The notes under the pieces were generated by a model. The model was not told the origin of the DNA and did not search any database. It saw nothing but the letters and a program-made list of their open reading frames with translations. From an uncultured Acetatifactor sp. (GTDB lineage: Bacteria; Bacillota; Clostridia; Lachnospirales; Lachnospiraceae), in the NCBI GenBank assembly GCA_964552225.1, contig CAZKGP010000001.1:1-35263 (forward strand): a stretch of DNA of 35,263 bases, read 5' to 3'. Shown here piece after piece: positions 9,590 to 18,109 of this stretch (positions within the stretch are counted from its first letter, which is position 1; the number at the start of each line of letters is the position of its first letter). The translations under genes were made by a program, and so were the position numbers.

Positions 9590-10846
9590 CTATACTTTTC
9601 TCAAAAACAGCTCTACAACAAAGCCATTATCGTTATAACACTCCATATCGCCCTTCATATGTTCCATAAAATACTTCGCCAAAAAAAGCCCTAATCCTGC
9701 ACCACTTTTTCCTTTTTTGTTATTTCCACGATAATATTTCTGTGTAACAAGGGGTAATTCCTCATCTAAGACGCCTTTACCAAAATCCTGAAATTTTACT
9801 ATGATTCCTTCCACCTTATTCAAAAATGAAACCTCGACCTTTGTTCCTGCATATTTAAAGGAATTATTAATAATATTATCAATCACTTGTTTTAAACGTA
9901 ACTTATCCATATAAATAAGGCATTCTGGAATTTCATTCTTAATTTCAATGGCTTCATAATATTGTATTTCTTCCAGCATACTAACTATCAGATTAGAAGA
10001 TTCTTCTGCCGAATCTACCGTCAGATTATTCAACTCTTCTAATGTTGCATGAAACATATTCCCAATGAGTTCATCAATCATATCAGATTTTCTCTCTATA
10101 ATCTCAAGCTTATGTAAAACATCCTTTTTTTCATCTTCACTATCTGCTTTATCTATTTTGATTTTCAGAACCTCACATGTTGCCTTGATAGCAGCAACGG
10201 GTGTTTTGATGTCGTGAGAAAGCCCCGCTACAAGTTCCTTTTTACTTATATTAGCCCTATATTCATTCTCTTTTGCCAGCTTCAATTCTTCTCGCATTAA
10301 ATCAAAGCTTTCTGTGAAAGCTCCAAAATAATTCTCCTTTTGAATGGCTAATGGCTTATCCATATTTCCCTTGGCTACCTCAGAAGCAAAAGATTGTAGT
10401 TTACGAAATGGACGAACATAAAAATAGTACAATAATCCAATCAATACATATCCACATACTAAAATAAGTAAGCACATATAGACAAAAAAGCTTTGCATTG
10501 CTAAACGTTGCTCTCCAAAATAAACTCCCATACCTGGAAACACAATTTTCCCAAGAAGAACTTCACCTTCCATATAATCCATACAGATTTTATTATCACG
10601 TATGGCATCATTAACTTTACTTTCATAATTAAGGTCCGTTTTCAGGTAAATATTGCATCCATACTTATCACTAAGAAGTTCTCTCTCTTCTCCTGCGTTA
10701 AGTCCCAAAACAATCTCGTTATATTCTTGATTTAATGCTACCATATCCACCATTTCATATTGATTCTTACCTTCTTGCCTGCCAATAAGAATAAATACAA
10801 TTAGAATGCTAAGTGTAAATATAAATGTTATGTATCTTAATTTCAA
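9590..10846 (-). CDS. HAMP-domain sensor histidine kinase
   Basis: Two TMs, HAMP, LSHDIKTP H-box, NSFKY N-box, D.GKG and GAGLGL G-boxes. Confidence 0.95.
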   Translation of the reverse strand: MKLRYITFIFTLSILIVFILIGRQEGKNQYEMVDMVALNQEYNEIVLGLNAGEERELLSDKYGCNIYLKTDLNYESKVNDAIRDNKICMDYMEGEVLLGKIVFPGMGVYFGEQRLAMQSFFVYMCLLILVCGYVLIGLLYYFYVRPFRKLQSFASEVAKGNMDKPLAIQKENYFGAFTESFDLMREELKLAKENEYRANISKKELVAGLSHDIKTPVAAIKATCEVLKIKIDKADSEDEKKDVLHKLEIIERKSDMIDELIGNMFHATLEELNNLTVDSAEESSNLIVSMLEEIQYYEAIEIKNEIPECLIYMDKLRLKQVIDNIINNSFKYAGTKVEVSFLNKVEGIIVKFQDFGKGVLDEELPLVTQKYYRGNNKKGKSGAGLGLFLAKYFMEHMKGDMECYNDNGFVVELFLRKV

Positions 10847-10891
10847 TTTCTTTCCCCCTTGCCCCCTAAAAAAAGCAGGAAGAATGGCTCG

Positions 10892-11575
10892 TCAGAGACA
10901 TTCTTCAAGCATATATCCTGTTCCCCAAATAGTTTTTATGATTTTAGGTTCATTTGGTATCTCTTCTATCTTTTCTCTAAGTTTACGAATATGTACATTT
11001 AGTGTGCCGTCACTGAAATTATAATCTCCCCATACATTGTAGAAAAGCTGTTCTTTGGTAACTATGGTATTCTTATGTTCATATAAATACTGAAAAAGCT
11101 TAAATTCTTTTGCTTTCAGTTGAATTGTCTTTCCATCTACAATTACTCGCATGGTTTCTTCATCTATAGATATCCGTTCGTTGCTATCAGTTTCAATATT
11201 ATCAGACTGCTTTACCATTCTTTTTAACATAACTTTTACTTTTGCTAACAAAACACTTAGTGCATATGGTTTTTTGATATAATCATCACCACCTATATTA
11301 AGTGCCATTAAAACATCAGCATCACTTTGCCTCGCGCTAATAAAAAGAATCGGAATATTAGACTCGATGCGGATTTTTTTCACTAATTGGAACCCGCTTT
11401 CTTCTCCAAGATTAATATCCATCAAAAGAATATCTACTTGATTTTCTTTTAGAAACTTCTGACAATCAGCCCCGTTTCCTACACAAGCACAAGTTACATC
11501 AAACATTTCAAAATATTCACATGTCATTTCCGCCAAATCAGTTTCATCATCTACAATTAAACAATTATAATGCAT
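10892..11575 (-). CDS. OmpR/PhoB family response regulator
   Basis: IVDDE, LMDINL and GGDDYIKKP receiver motifs. VHIRKLREKIE and IKTIWGTGY winged helix. Confidence 0.95.
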   Translation of the reverse strand: MHYNCLIVDDETDLAEMTCEYFEMFDVTCACVGNGADCQKFLKENQVDILLMDINLGEESGFQLVKKIRIESNIPILFISARQSDADVLMALNIGGDDYIKKPYALSVLLAKVKVMLKRMVKQSDNIETDSNERISIDEETMRVIVDGKTIQLKAKEFKLFQYLYEHKNTIVTKEQLFYNVWGDYNFSDGTLNVHIRKLREKIEEIPNEPKIIKTIWGTGYMLEECL

Positions 11576-11606
11576 ACTTTATATTCCTCTGATTTCTTTT
11601 TTATTC

Positions 11607-11636
11607 ATTATACATTACTAGAGTTAAAATAAACAA
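11607..11636 (-). promoter_or_regulatory. SigA-like promoter of the two-component operon
   Basis: TTGTTT-N18-TATAAT. Confidence 0.4.
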
Positions 11637-11674
11637 TTATTTATATTAATATAATTATGTGTATAAATGAAAGA

Positions 11675-11710
11675 ACACGTACAATAACAAATTTATGTTA
11701 TTATACGTGT
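11675..11710. terminator. Stem-loop downstream of the defence cassette
   Basis: Inverted repeat ACACGTA-C-AATAACA / TGTTATT-A-TACGTGT. Confidence 0.5.
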
Positions 11711-11790
11711 CTTATAATTCGCCAATTTCCTATTGATTTAAATCATATACTTGCAATATAATTACCCTGATTACTTGTACCATGTAACTA

Positions 11791-14004
11791 CTATAAGCAT
11801 TTTACTTTTTCATATAATCCAACTAGCTCAACAATGTCCATATCTAATATTGGTTCATACATAAATGAATTTAAATGTATATTCTCTGGCGTCATTATAT
11901 TTACCTCTCCTAATAACTCTATCTTCTCTAATGTTCCTATCTGTTTGAACGCTTCAAATAATTCTCTTGTTTGGTTTCCAACACTCGCAAGATAACTCAT
12001 AAATTCAGCTACATTCCCTGTCATCTGTCTATGTCGTTTTTCCCATATCAATTGACCAGAAAAGGATTTTAATTTTGATATCATATATTTCTCAGCTACA
12101 TGTCTGATTGCCATGGAAAGGATTATTTTATATTCTAAATCTACATCATTTTCATTAATTCCGTCCGCAAGAATATACAAATCTGAAATAACTGAATTGG
12201 ACTCTATAATATCCTCCTTATACTTATCATTTCCGAGATACTCTTTAAACAAAATTTTTATATCACCAAATGTTATAATATTAGTTTGATACTTTTCATG
12301 GAGTAATTCCGTTAATAACAAGGAATCTTTATTAATACCACTTACTTTACCGAGTTTTTTATCATCTCCATAGTCAATTATATTTCTCATAAAGGGAATT
12401 AATGCAATAGCATTTTTCAATACTAACTGACTCTTCCAAAAAATAAACGGTTGATTTTGATACGTTTCTTTTTTTAATACAATCTCATTCCCTGTAGAGC
12501 TCGCAACTAATCTGTTATCTGTATAAATATTAATTCTACTGCATATTGTTCTGTAAAAATCAAAATTATGTGAAAGCACAATCATCTTGAACTTTGGATT
12601 ATGAGCTATTTCATATAAATACTCAACTATAGCATATTTGTTTTTATAGTCAAATGAATCTGCTATATCATCTATTATAAACAAAGTTTCTTGATCTAAT
12701 GTCTTTCTATTTTCAATATCGAATATAATATTGAGTAAATATAGTGCTCGTTTCTCTCCTTGACTTAATACATCAATATTATCCAGTTTACTTCTATCCA
12801 TCATTATATTTTTATCATCTTTTTTAAAAGAAAATAGTACACGCGGAATACTTTCGCCAATTATAGCTCCCTTAAGATTAGATATTTCCATTTTATAAGG
12901 TACCGTAAAACGGTCTTCAAAAATATCCATTGCCTTTTTCCACGGACTATCTTCAAAATTCGTACTTTCAATAATATTTTCTAGAATTCTATATTCTTCT
13001 ACCAACTCCATAAACTTAGTGCTTTCTGCTTTTATATACGAACTCCATAATTCTTTTTTTAATTGATCTAATTTTTCTATATTCAAAAACTCTACAATTT
13101 CAGGATTTGTTTCTATAACGTCCTTAAGCACACTTCCTTTTACATCACTTAATAATTTTTCTATTTCCTTTAATACTGGAACTGCTTTAATTTCAGTTTC
13201 AATCTCATCAATTTTATCTTTTAACTCATCTGCTTTTAATATTTCAAGCTCTCCATCTAAAATAAGCGAATTGTTTTTTACAAAATATTTATCTTTTTCC
13301 AAAACTTTTAATACGTCTTTAAGTTTAGGCAATGTTAAATTTCCTTTTTCTAGAAAATTATAATTTTCATAAATTTCATTACTTTTCATTGTAAATTCAT
13401 GTATTTTACTCTGAAAATTTGATGATTTTATTTTCTTTAAAACTGACTCATCAAAAATACTAGAGTATATAATGTCACTACAGTTATAAGAGTTTTCTAA
13501 TGTTAATATTTCTGTTAGATTTAGTAAAAAACTATCCTCACTATATCCTAAGTCTTTTACAATTACTGGTTCTAATTCAAATATCTTTTTTCCACCCAAT
13601 GTTTTAGCAATCTTTAATCCCGATTTTTTTTCAAGTGTCTTTAGAAAGTTATCTTTTAATTTTAAAACACTGTTTATTTTATTCTTTACTTCTTCATTTA
13701 CCAATAATGATGTAATATTGCTTGATTCATATGAATTTTCATATGAATTTATCACAAAAACATCTGTTGCACTAACTGACTCTCCATCAACAATAACGTT
13801 TGCAATTCCATCCTCGTTAAAAATTTCATCTCTAATTTCACTTACTTTTTCTTCTTGTATTTTTTTAAAGGTCTTAGAAAAAGAGGTTTTCATTAATCCA
13901 TTTCTAGCATATATTGCAACAACATTATCTTTTGTAAAGTCAAACGCTGCAGTTAAATGTTCAATTCCAAAACAATTCTGTAAATTAATATTTATCTTCT
14001 CCAT
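11791..14004 (-). CDS. RloC/PrrC-like (AAA_13-type) coiled-coil ABC ATPase with an uncharacterised C-terminal domain
   Basis: Variant Walker A YARNGLMKTS, long coiled coil, signature LSQGE, Walker B FIIDD-IADSFD, H-loop LSHNFDF, then about 250 further residues. Confidence 0.75.
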   Translation of the reverse strand: MEKININLQNCFGIEHLTAAFDFTKDNVVAIYARNGLMKTSFSKTFKKIQEEKVSEIRDEIFNEDGIANVIVDGESVSATDVFVINSYENSYESSNITSLLVNEEVKNKINSVLKLKDNFLKTLEKKSGLKIAKTLGGKKIFELEPVIVKDLGYSEDSFLLNLTEILTLENSYNCSDIIYSSIFDESVLKKIKSSNFQSKIHEFTMKSNEIYENYNFLEKGNLTLPKLKDVLKVLEKDKYFVKNNSLILDGELEILKADELKDKIDEIETEIKAVPVLKEIEKLLSDVKGSVLKDVIETNPEIVEFLNIEKLDQLKKELWSSYIKAESTKFMELVEEYRILENIIESTNFEDSPWKKAMDIFEDRFTVPYKMEISNLKGAIIGESIPRVLFSFKKDDKNIMMDRSKLDNIDVLSQGEKRALYLLNIIFDIENRKTLDQETLFIIDDIADSFDYKNKYAIVEYLYEIAHNPKFKMIVLSHNFDFYRTICSRINIYTDNRLVASSTGNEIVLKKETYQNQPFIFWKSQLVLKNAIALIPFMRNIIDYGDDKKLGKVSGINKDSLLLTELLHEKYQTNIITFGDIKILFKEYLGNDKYKEDIIESNSVISDLYILADGINENDVDLEYKIILSMAIRHVAEKYMISKLKSFSGQLIWEKRHRQMTGNVAEFMSYLASVGNQTRELFEAFKQIGTLEKIELLGEVNIMTPENIHLNSFMYEPILDMDIVELVGLYEKVKCL

Positions 14005-14036
14005 TTTATTTTCCCCTTTTTATCTTAACTTTCAAT

Positions 14037-15083
14037 TCAATGATTTATCGATAGTTTCTTAGCGTATTCCCCCAATCTTTGCCTCTGACCTTCTATCGAA
14101 TTGTAATCCCATGGTTCTATCTGTGTATGAGCAGTAGCTGGTAAAGATATTAAGTTGACATCAAATTTTAATGAAGGTTCTATACGTGAACTTGCATTAT
14201 GTATTCTCATTGATATCTGCCATCCCTCGTCACATACAACTTCAATCGTATTATCAGAACCCGGTTTAAAATCTATATGATAAAATTGTGATGGCATTTT
14301 AAGAACTGGAATATTTGTAATTGATTTTAATGTACCAGATTTCCGTGCTAATGTACCAGCAATATTAATTGCCTCAACTCTAGTTGTACGATTCTTGTCA
14401 TCTGTAATTACTTTATAAAAATCATATCTTCCAAGCAAATATCTAATTAATTTTTCAGGTATGTTATTCTCGCTTGTAGAAGCAATATCCTTTAATTCAT
14501 CCATAAATGCTTGCAGTATTGGAATATAGTATTTCTCAGCTTTATCCTCAATATCAGCCCAAAGTGCTGGTGAACCTTTTAATTTACTAGTATCTCGAAT
14601 TTCTCTCAATTCATGAAATAAGGGAACTACTATATCAAAATATTTTTCTGAGCAAGGTGTTCCAAGCCAATCTTTACCAAAATCTATCCTATCTGACAAT
14701 CTACTATGCTTTACTGCACGATGATTATGCTTACAAGATAAGCCTATTTCCCACCCATTTTGTTTTCTAAGGCAAAGAACATCACGTACATCTCCTTTAA
14801 TTCCAGCCGAATCAGCCTGAAGTGACAAATACAATGGTTCATAGCCATTTGCTTCACACAGCTGTGGTTCTAGTCGTTTTATGACTCGTACTGAAGCCCT
14901 TGCTGCTGCATCCATTGAGTCCTTCATCTCATCTTTAATCTCTTCATACAATTTCTGTGCAGTACTCAACTGAGGTGATGACTCAACTACTACTTTCTGA
15001 TTAATATTTAACTGTTCACACAATGCTATGACACATGCATATTCAAATGCTTTTCCATTTGAGGTTTGTATTCCCCGGCCCAT
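14037..15083 (-). CDS. Type II restriction endonuclease, HaeIII family
   Basis: G.AFEYAC, G..GDVRD, GLS.KHNH.AVKHSRLS, YLLG.YDFYK and RIHNAS...EPSLKFD motifs. Adjacent to a C5 MTase. Confidence 0.88.
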   Translation of the reverse strand: MGRGIQTSNGKAFEYACVIALCEQLNINQKVVVESSPQLSTAQKLYEEIKDEMKDSMDAAARASVRVIKRLEPQLCEANGYEPLYLSLQADSAGIKGDVRDVLCLRKQNGWEIGLSCKHNHRAVKHSRLSDRIDFGKDWLGTPCSEKYFDIVVPLFHELREIRDTSKLKGSPALWADIEDKAEKYYIPILQAFMDELKDIASTSENNIPEKLIRYLLGRYDFYKVITDDKNRTTRVEAINIAGTLARKSGTLKSITNIPVLKMPSQFYHIDFKPGSDNTIEVVCDEGWQISMRIHNASSRIEPSLKFDVNLISLPATAHTQIEPWDYNSIEGQRQRLGEYAKKLSINH

Positions 15084-16024
15084 AATTCTGTCTCCTTTTC
15101 TTTAAGGACTGTTCGCAACTGGTTGGCAACAGACTCTGCCAATTTAACTGGTACAGCATTCCCTATTTGTTTATACTTACTTGTTAAATCACCAAAAAAC
15201 TCTAATTCTTTTGGAAATGTCTGAATTGCTGCTGCTTCTCTCCAACTGAAACGTCTGGTTTCTCCCCCTTCACCAAATTCCCACAAATCCTTTCCTAATT
15301 TAACCATGTCTGGTGAATTTGGATGAAGAGTAACTTGCTTCGCCATTGCAGGAATAGTATAGGCAACCTGATTCCAGTCCCGCTTTCTATTGCGTGACAT
15401 AAATCTTGACGAAAAAGGAGCCTGACATACATCCTCCTTTGATGCTTTAGGAAAATCTTTTAGTACATCTTCTAAGGTTACAACTGGTGTTTCTAACTTT
15501 GTTAATTCAAAAGTCTTAATTTTTAAATCTTTTCTAAATCCGCAAATAATAACTCTTTCTCTATCTTGTGGTACTCCATAATTTTTAGCATTAATCAACT
15601 GATAAAAAACATCATAACCACACGACGAGAATTCATGTATAATGGCTTCTATAATTTGACCATCGGCCATCGTCAGTAGGCCTTTGACATTTTCACCGAT
15701 AAAAATTTTGGGTTTTTTCTCCGCTACTATTTTTACATAATACTTGTATAAAGCATTCCTAGAATCATCAATTTTTCTAGGACCACTTAAACTAAATCCT
15801 TGACATGGAAAACCTCCAAGGATTACATCAGACTCCGGTATGGCACCAATATCGACTTTCGAAATATCACCACAAACAACTGTTGCGTTACTCCAGTTCT
15901 GATGAGTTTTACAAGCATCAGCATTAAAATCATTTGCCCAAACTGTATGAAATCCTGCATTTTCAAAACCTAAATCCAGTCCACCAGCACCACAAAAGAG
16001 ACTAACAGCTGTAAATTCTCTCAT
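15026..16024 (-). CDS. DNA (cytosine-5) methyltransferase, M.HaeIII-like
   Basis: FCGAGG, GFPCQ, ENV, Q.RER and YKQIGNAVP motifs. TRD contains FMSRNR.R.W. Confidence 0.96.
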   Translation of the reverse strand: MREFTAVSLFCGAGGLDLGFENAGFHTVWANDFNADACKTHQNWSNATVVCGDISKVDIGAIPESDVILGGFPCQGFSLSGPRKIDDSRNALYKYYVKIVAEKKPKIFIGENVKGLLTMADGQIIEAIIHEFSSCGYDVFYQLINAKNYGVPQDRERVIICGFRKDLKIKTFELTKLETPVVTLEDVLKDFPKASKEDVCQAPFSSRFMSRNRKRDWNQVAYTIPAMAKQVTLHPNSPDMVKLGKDLWEFGEGGETRRFSWREAAAIQTFPKELEFFGDLTSKYKQIGNAVPVKLAESVANQLRTVLKEKETELWAGEYKPQMEKHLNMHVS

Positions 16025-16049
16025 CCTTACTTCTCCTTTTCAATCTATG

Positions 16050-16065
16050 TGTGAAGACTATCACA
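16050..16065. promoter_or_regulatory. Crp/Fnr-type palindrome upstream of the R-M operon
   Basis: TGTGA-AGACTA-TCACA, 25 nt upstream of the MTase start. Confidence 0.4.
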
Positions 16066-16197
16066 TTTTCTGTCCCATAAAACTCCCTTATTCTTAAAAT
16101 ATATGTAGGACAACTGAAATAACTTTACCACATTTTTACTTGTTTTGCCATAATGAAGTCTGTCATATAGGTAATAAAATTTGAATCTGCACAATAC

Positions 16198-16233
16198 AAA
16201 AACCGGGATAACCGCTTTTTAAACGGTTCCCGG
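16198..16233 (-). terminator. Intrinsic terminator after the YmaF-family gene
   Basis: CCGGGA-TA-ACCG / CGGT-TCCCGG stem followed by a T-run on the minus strand. Confidence 0.7.
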
Positions 16234-16253
16234 CTTGGTGCTAGAATAAAATA

Positions 16254-16619
16254 TTATTCTTCAATAGGATTTTCAATTAATGTTGCTACTCTGAATTCAT
16301 GTCTATGATCATCATTTCTTGTTGTAAAATCTTTTAAGAAATGAACATGCCTGCCATCACCAACAGGAATGGCACCAGTTGTTTCGCCTTTAAATTCATG
16401 AAAGTGTTCATCAAAAAAGTCTGTTCTAAATTTAACTTCATGAATATGGTCGTTTCCAACACGAATTGCTTCATCAGATACTGTTGCAAATCTATGGTTG
16501 TGAGGATCTTCCATTGGCTCTGCAATAAATACACTACCTAAAACTTCGTGCACATGGCTTTGGTCATCATTACCCGAACCACAGCCACAGCCGCATCTTC
16601 TTATTCTTTCTTCAAACAT
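16254..16619 (-). CDS. YmaF family His-rich protein
   Basis: Repeated HxHxF/V motifs (HVHEV, HNHRF, HIHEV, HFHEF, HVHF, HRHEF). C-terminal ATLIENP. Confidence 0.85.
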   Translation of the reverse strand: MFEERIRRCGCGCGSGNDDQSHVHEVLGSVFIAEPMEDPHNHRFATVSDEAIRVGNDHIHEVKFRTDFFDEHFHEFKGETTGAIPVGDGRHVHFLKDFTTRNDDHRHEFRVATLIENPIEE

Positions 16620-16674
16620 ATATTAACTCCCTTCTGTCCCTTCAGCGGATACTAGCTCCCTTTAGTATTTGTAT

Positions 16675-16702
16675 ATTATATGAAGGAGGGCTTATTTGGG
16701 TT
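16675..16702 (-). promoter_or_regulatory. SigK-like (mother cell) promoter
   Basis: AACC-N16-CATATAAT, compared with the sigK consensus mACm-N16-CATANNNT. Confidence 0.6.
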
Positions 16703-16727
16703 AAGAAGAAATCAAGAGTCAACCTAA

Positions 16728-17630
16728 TTAATTGCTCAGTAACCTTACATAATGGTTGGCTTCCCTTAAAACATGATCCGCTAAAATGGGCAAGATAATT
16801 GAACGTATCTTGCAATCTTGTATTCCCTTTGTACCTGTTTGTTTGAAGTCTCTGAATTTTAAGGTTTCTTCCAAGGATTTGTTAAATATTATGGTTTTAT
16901 CATTCATTTCTTTAGATTCCGCAAGCAATCTAGCGTAATCTTTGGCAAAAGAATCCGAAGTTTCTATTAATTCATTTTCTGTCGGGTCCAGTAGCCCACG
17001 AATAAACAAAGCGTGTTCCATCATAATTCTATTCCAAAACTGCTCAATTTGTTTCATACTATTGCAGTCAAAGTCCCTTCCATTTTCAAAGTTACGGACA
17101 TAGGTACGATATAGCTTTGCCTCACGTATTATATGTTCTAACAGTAATGGGAAATTTAAAGTAAAAATTTTACAACACAGAACATCATTTAGAATTTGCT
17201 CTTTGAAATCAATTAGAGCATCCAGCATCCGAATAGAAGTCCTATTTAGCTGCTTTACCCGCCGAAAAAGTTCTGGTGTAATTCGTATATTTTCTCCACA
17301 ATGCAATCGGGATTCCTTTGCTGTTATCTCTTCATTAATAGAGATTCCTGTGAAACACTGAGTCTGCTGTTCCGCACAGGCCGTAAACTCTGTAACAATT
17401 TCACCTGAATGTAACACTTTATGACGAACCACTCCATTACTCAAGTTAATAGCGTGCATCAATAATTTTTCAAATTCCTCCTTGAAAAACTCTGCTTCTT
17501 TTGCTAGAGAGGCGTTGGCAGGAGTAAATCCTGCTTCCAAAAACAAGGAATGTTCCTTCATTATTCTTGCAAAAAATAAGTGCAACTCTAAAGAAAGAAC
17601 CACATACTTTCTATTGTTATCCAAAGCCAT
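16728..17630 (-). CDS. DUF2935 domain protein
   Basis: Two internal repeats of F..RIM.EH.LF...H..REA. Confidence 0.85.
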   Translation of the reverse strand: MALDNNRKYVVLSLELHLFFARIMKEHSLFLEAGFTPANASLAKEAEFFKEEFEKLLMHAINLSNGVVRHKVLHSGEIVTEFTACAEQQTQCFTGISINEEITAKESRLHCGENIRITPELFRRVKQLNRTSIRMLDALIDFKEQILNDVLCCKIFTLNFPLLLEHIIREAKLYRTYVRNFENGRDFDCNSMKQIEQFWNRIMMEHALFIRGLLDPTENELIETSDSFAKDYARLLAESKEMNDKTIIFNKSLEETLKFRDFKQTGTKGIQDCKIRSIILPILADHVLREANHYVRLLSN

Positions 17631-17670
17631 TTCCTCCTAATCATCATGATAAATATAATTTCTCCTTATC

Positions 17671-17698
17671 AAGATATGAAACAAAACTTGTCAATGTT
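17671..17698 (-). promoter_or_regulatory. SigK-like promoter
   Basis: AACA-N16-CATATCTT. Confidence 0.6.
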
Positions 17699-17730
17699 CT
17701 ATGATTCCATTATGTATCCCCGTATAAAAT

Positions 17731-17757
17731 AAAAGCAAGGAATCACTTTCCCTGCTT
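17731..17757 (-). terminator. Intrinsic terminator
   Basis: AGCAAGGAA / TTCCCTGCT stem with a T-run on the minus strand. Confidence 0.6.
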
Positions 17758-17776
17758 CTATTTCACACTTTTATGC

Positions 17777-17977
17777 TTATTTTTTGGTATTATAATCATC
17801 TCTTGCCCAATTTGTAGCATTGATGGGACCAGCTTTTGCATTACCATTTTTAGCCGCACCTTGTATTTCAGGCACTTGAGCTTGTGGATTCTTAGGATGA
17901 GGAACCTTTTGATGATTCTCCGTTCCATGATTATTTGAGTCGTAAGGACTGGGTCTACGCATACCTGCTTTTGCCAT
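17777..17977 (-). CDS. 66-aa hydrophilic small protein
   Basis: GAGGA RBS, its own terminator, fills the intergenic gap. Confidence 0.75.
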   Translation of the reverse strand: MAKAGMRRPSPYDSNNHGTENHQKVPHPKNPQAQVPEIQGAAKNGNAKAGPINATNWARDDYNTKK

Positions 17978-18109
17978 AATGTTTCCTCCTATTCTTGATA
18001 GTAGTTTTTACATTTTCAAGAAAAACTATTCCCTTAAAATGACTATAAACATTGATTACAGGGCATTATTATAGAAGATTACTTAAAATAATAGATTAGA
18101 GGTGTCCAA

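Noticed and set aside
11600..16250. Integrative element boundaries around the R-M cassette
   Set aside because: No integrase, transposase, tRNA or flanking direct repeat could be found by eye.
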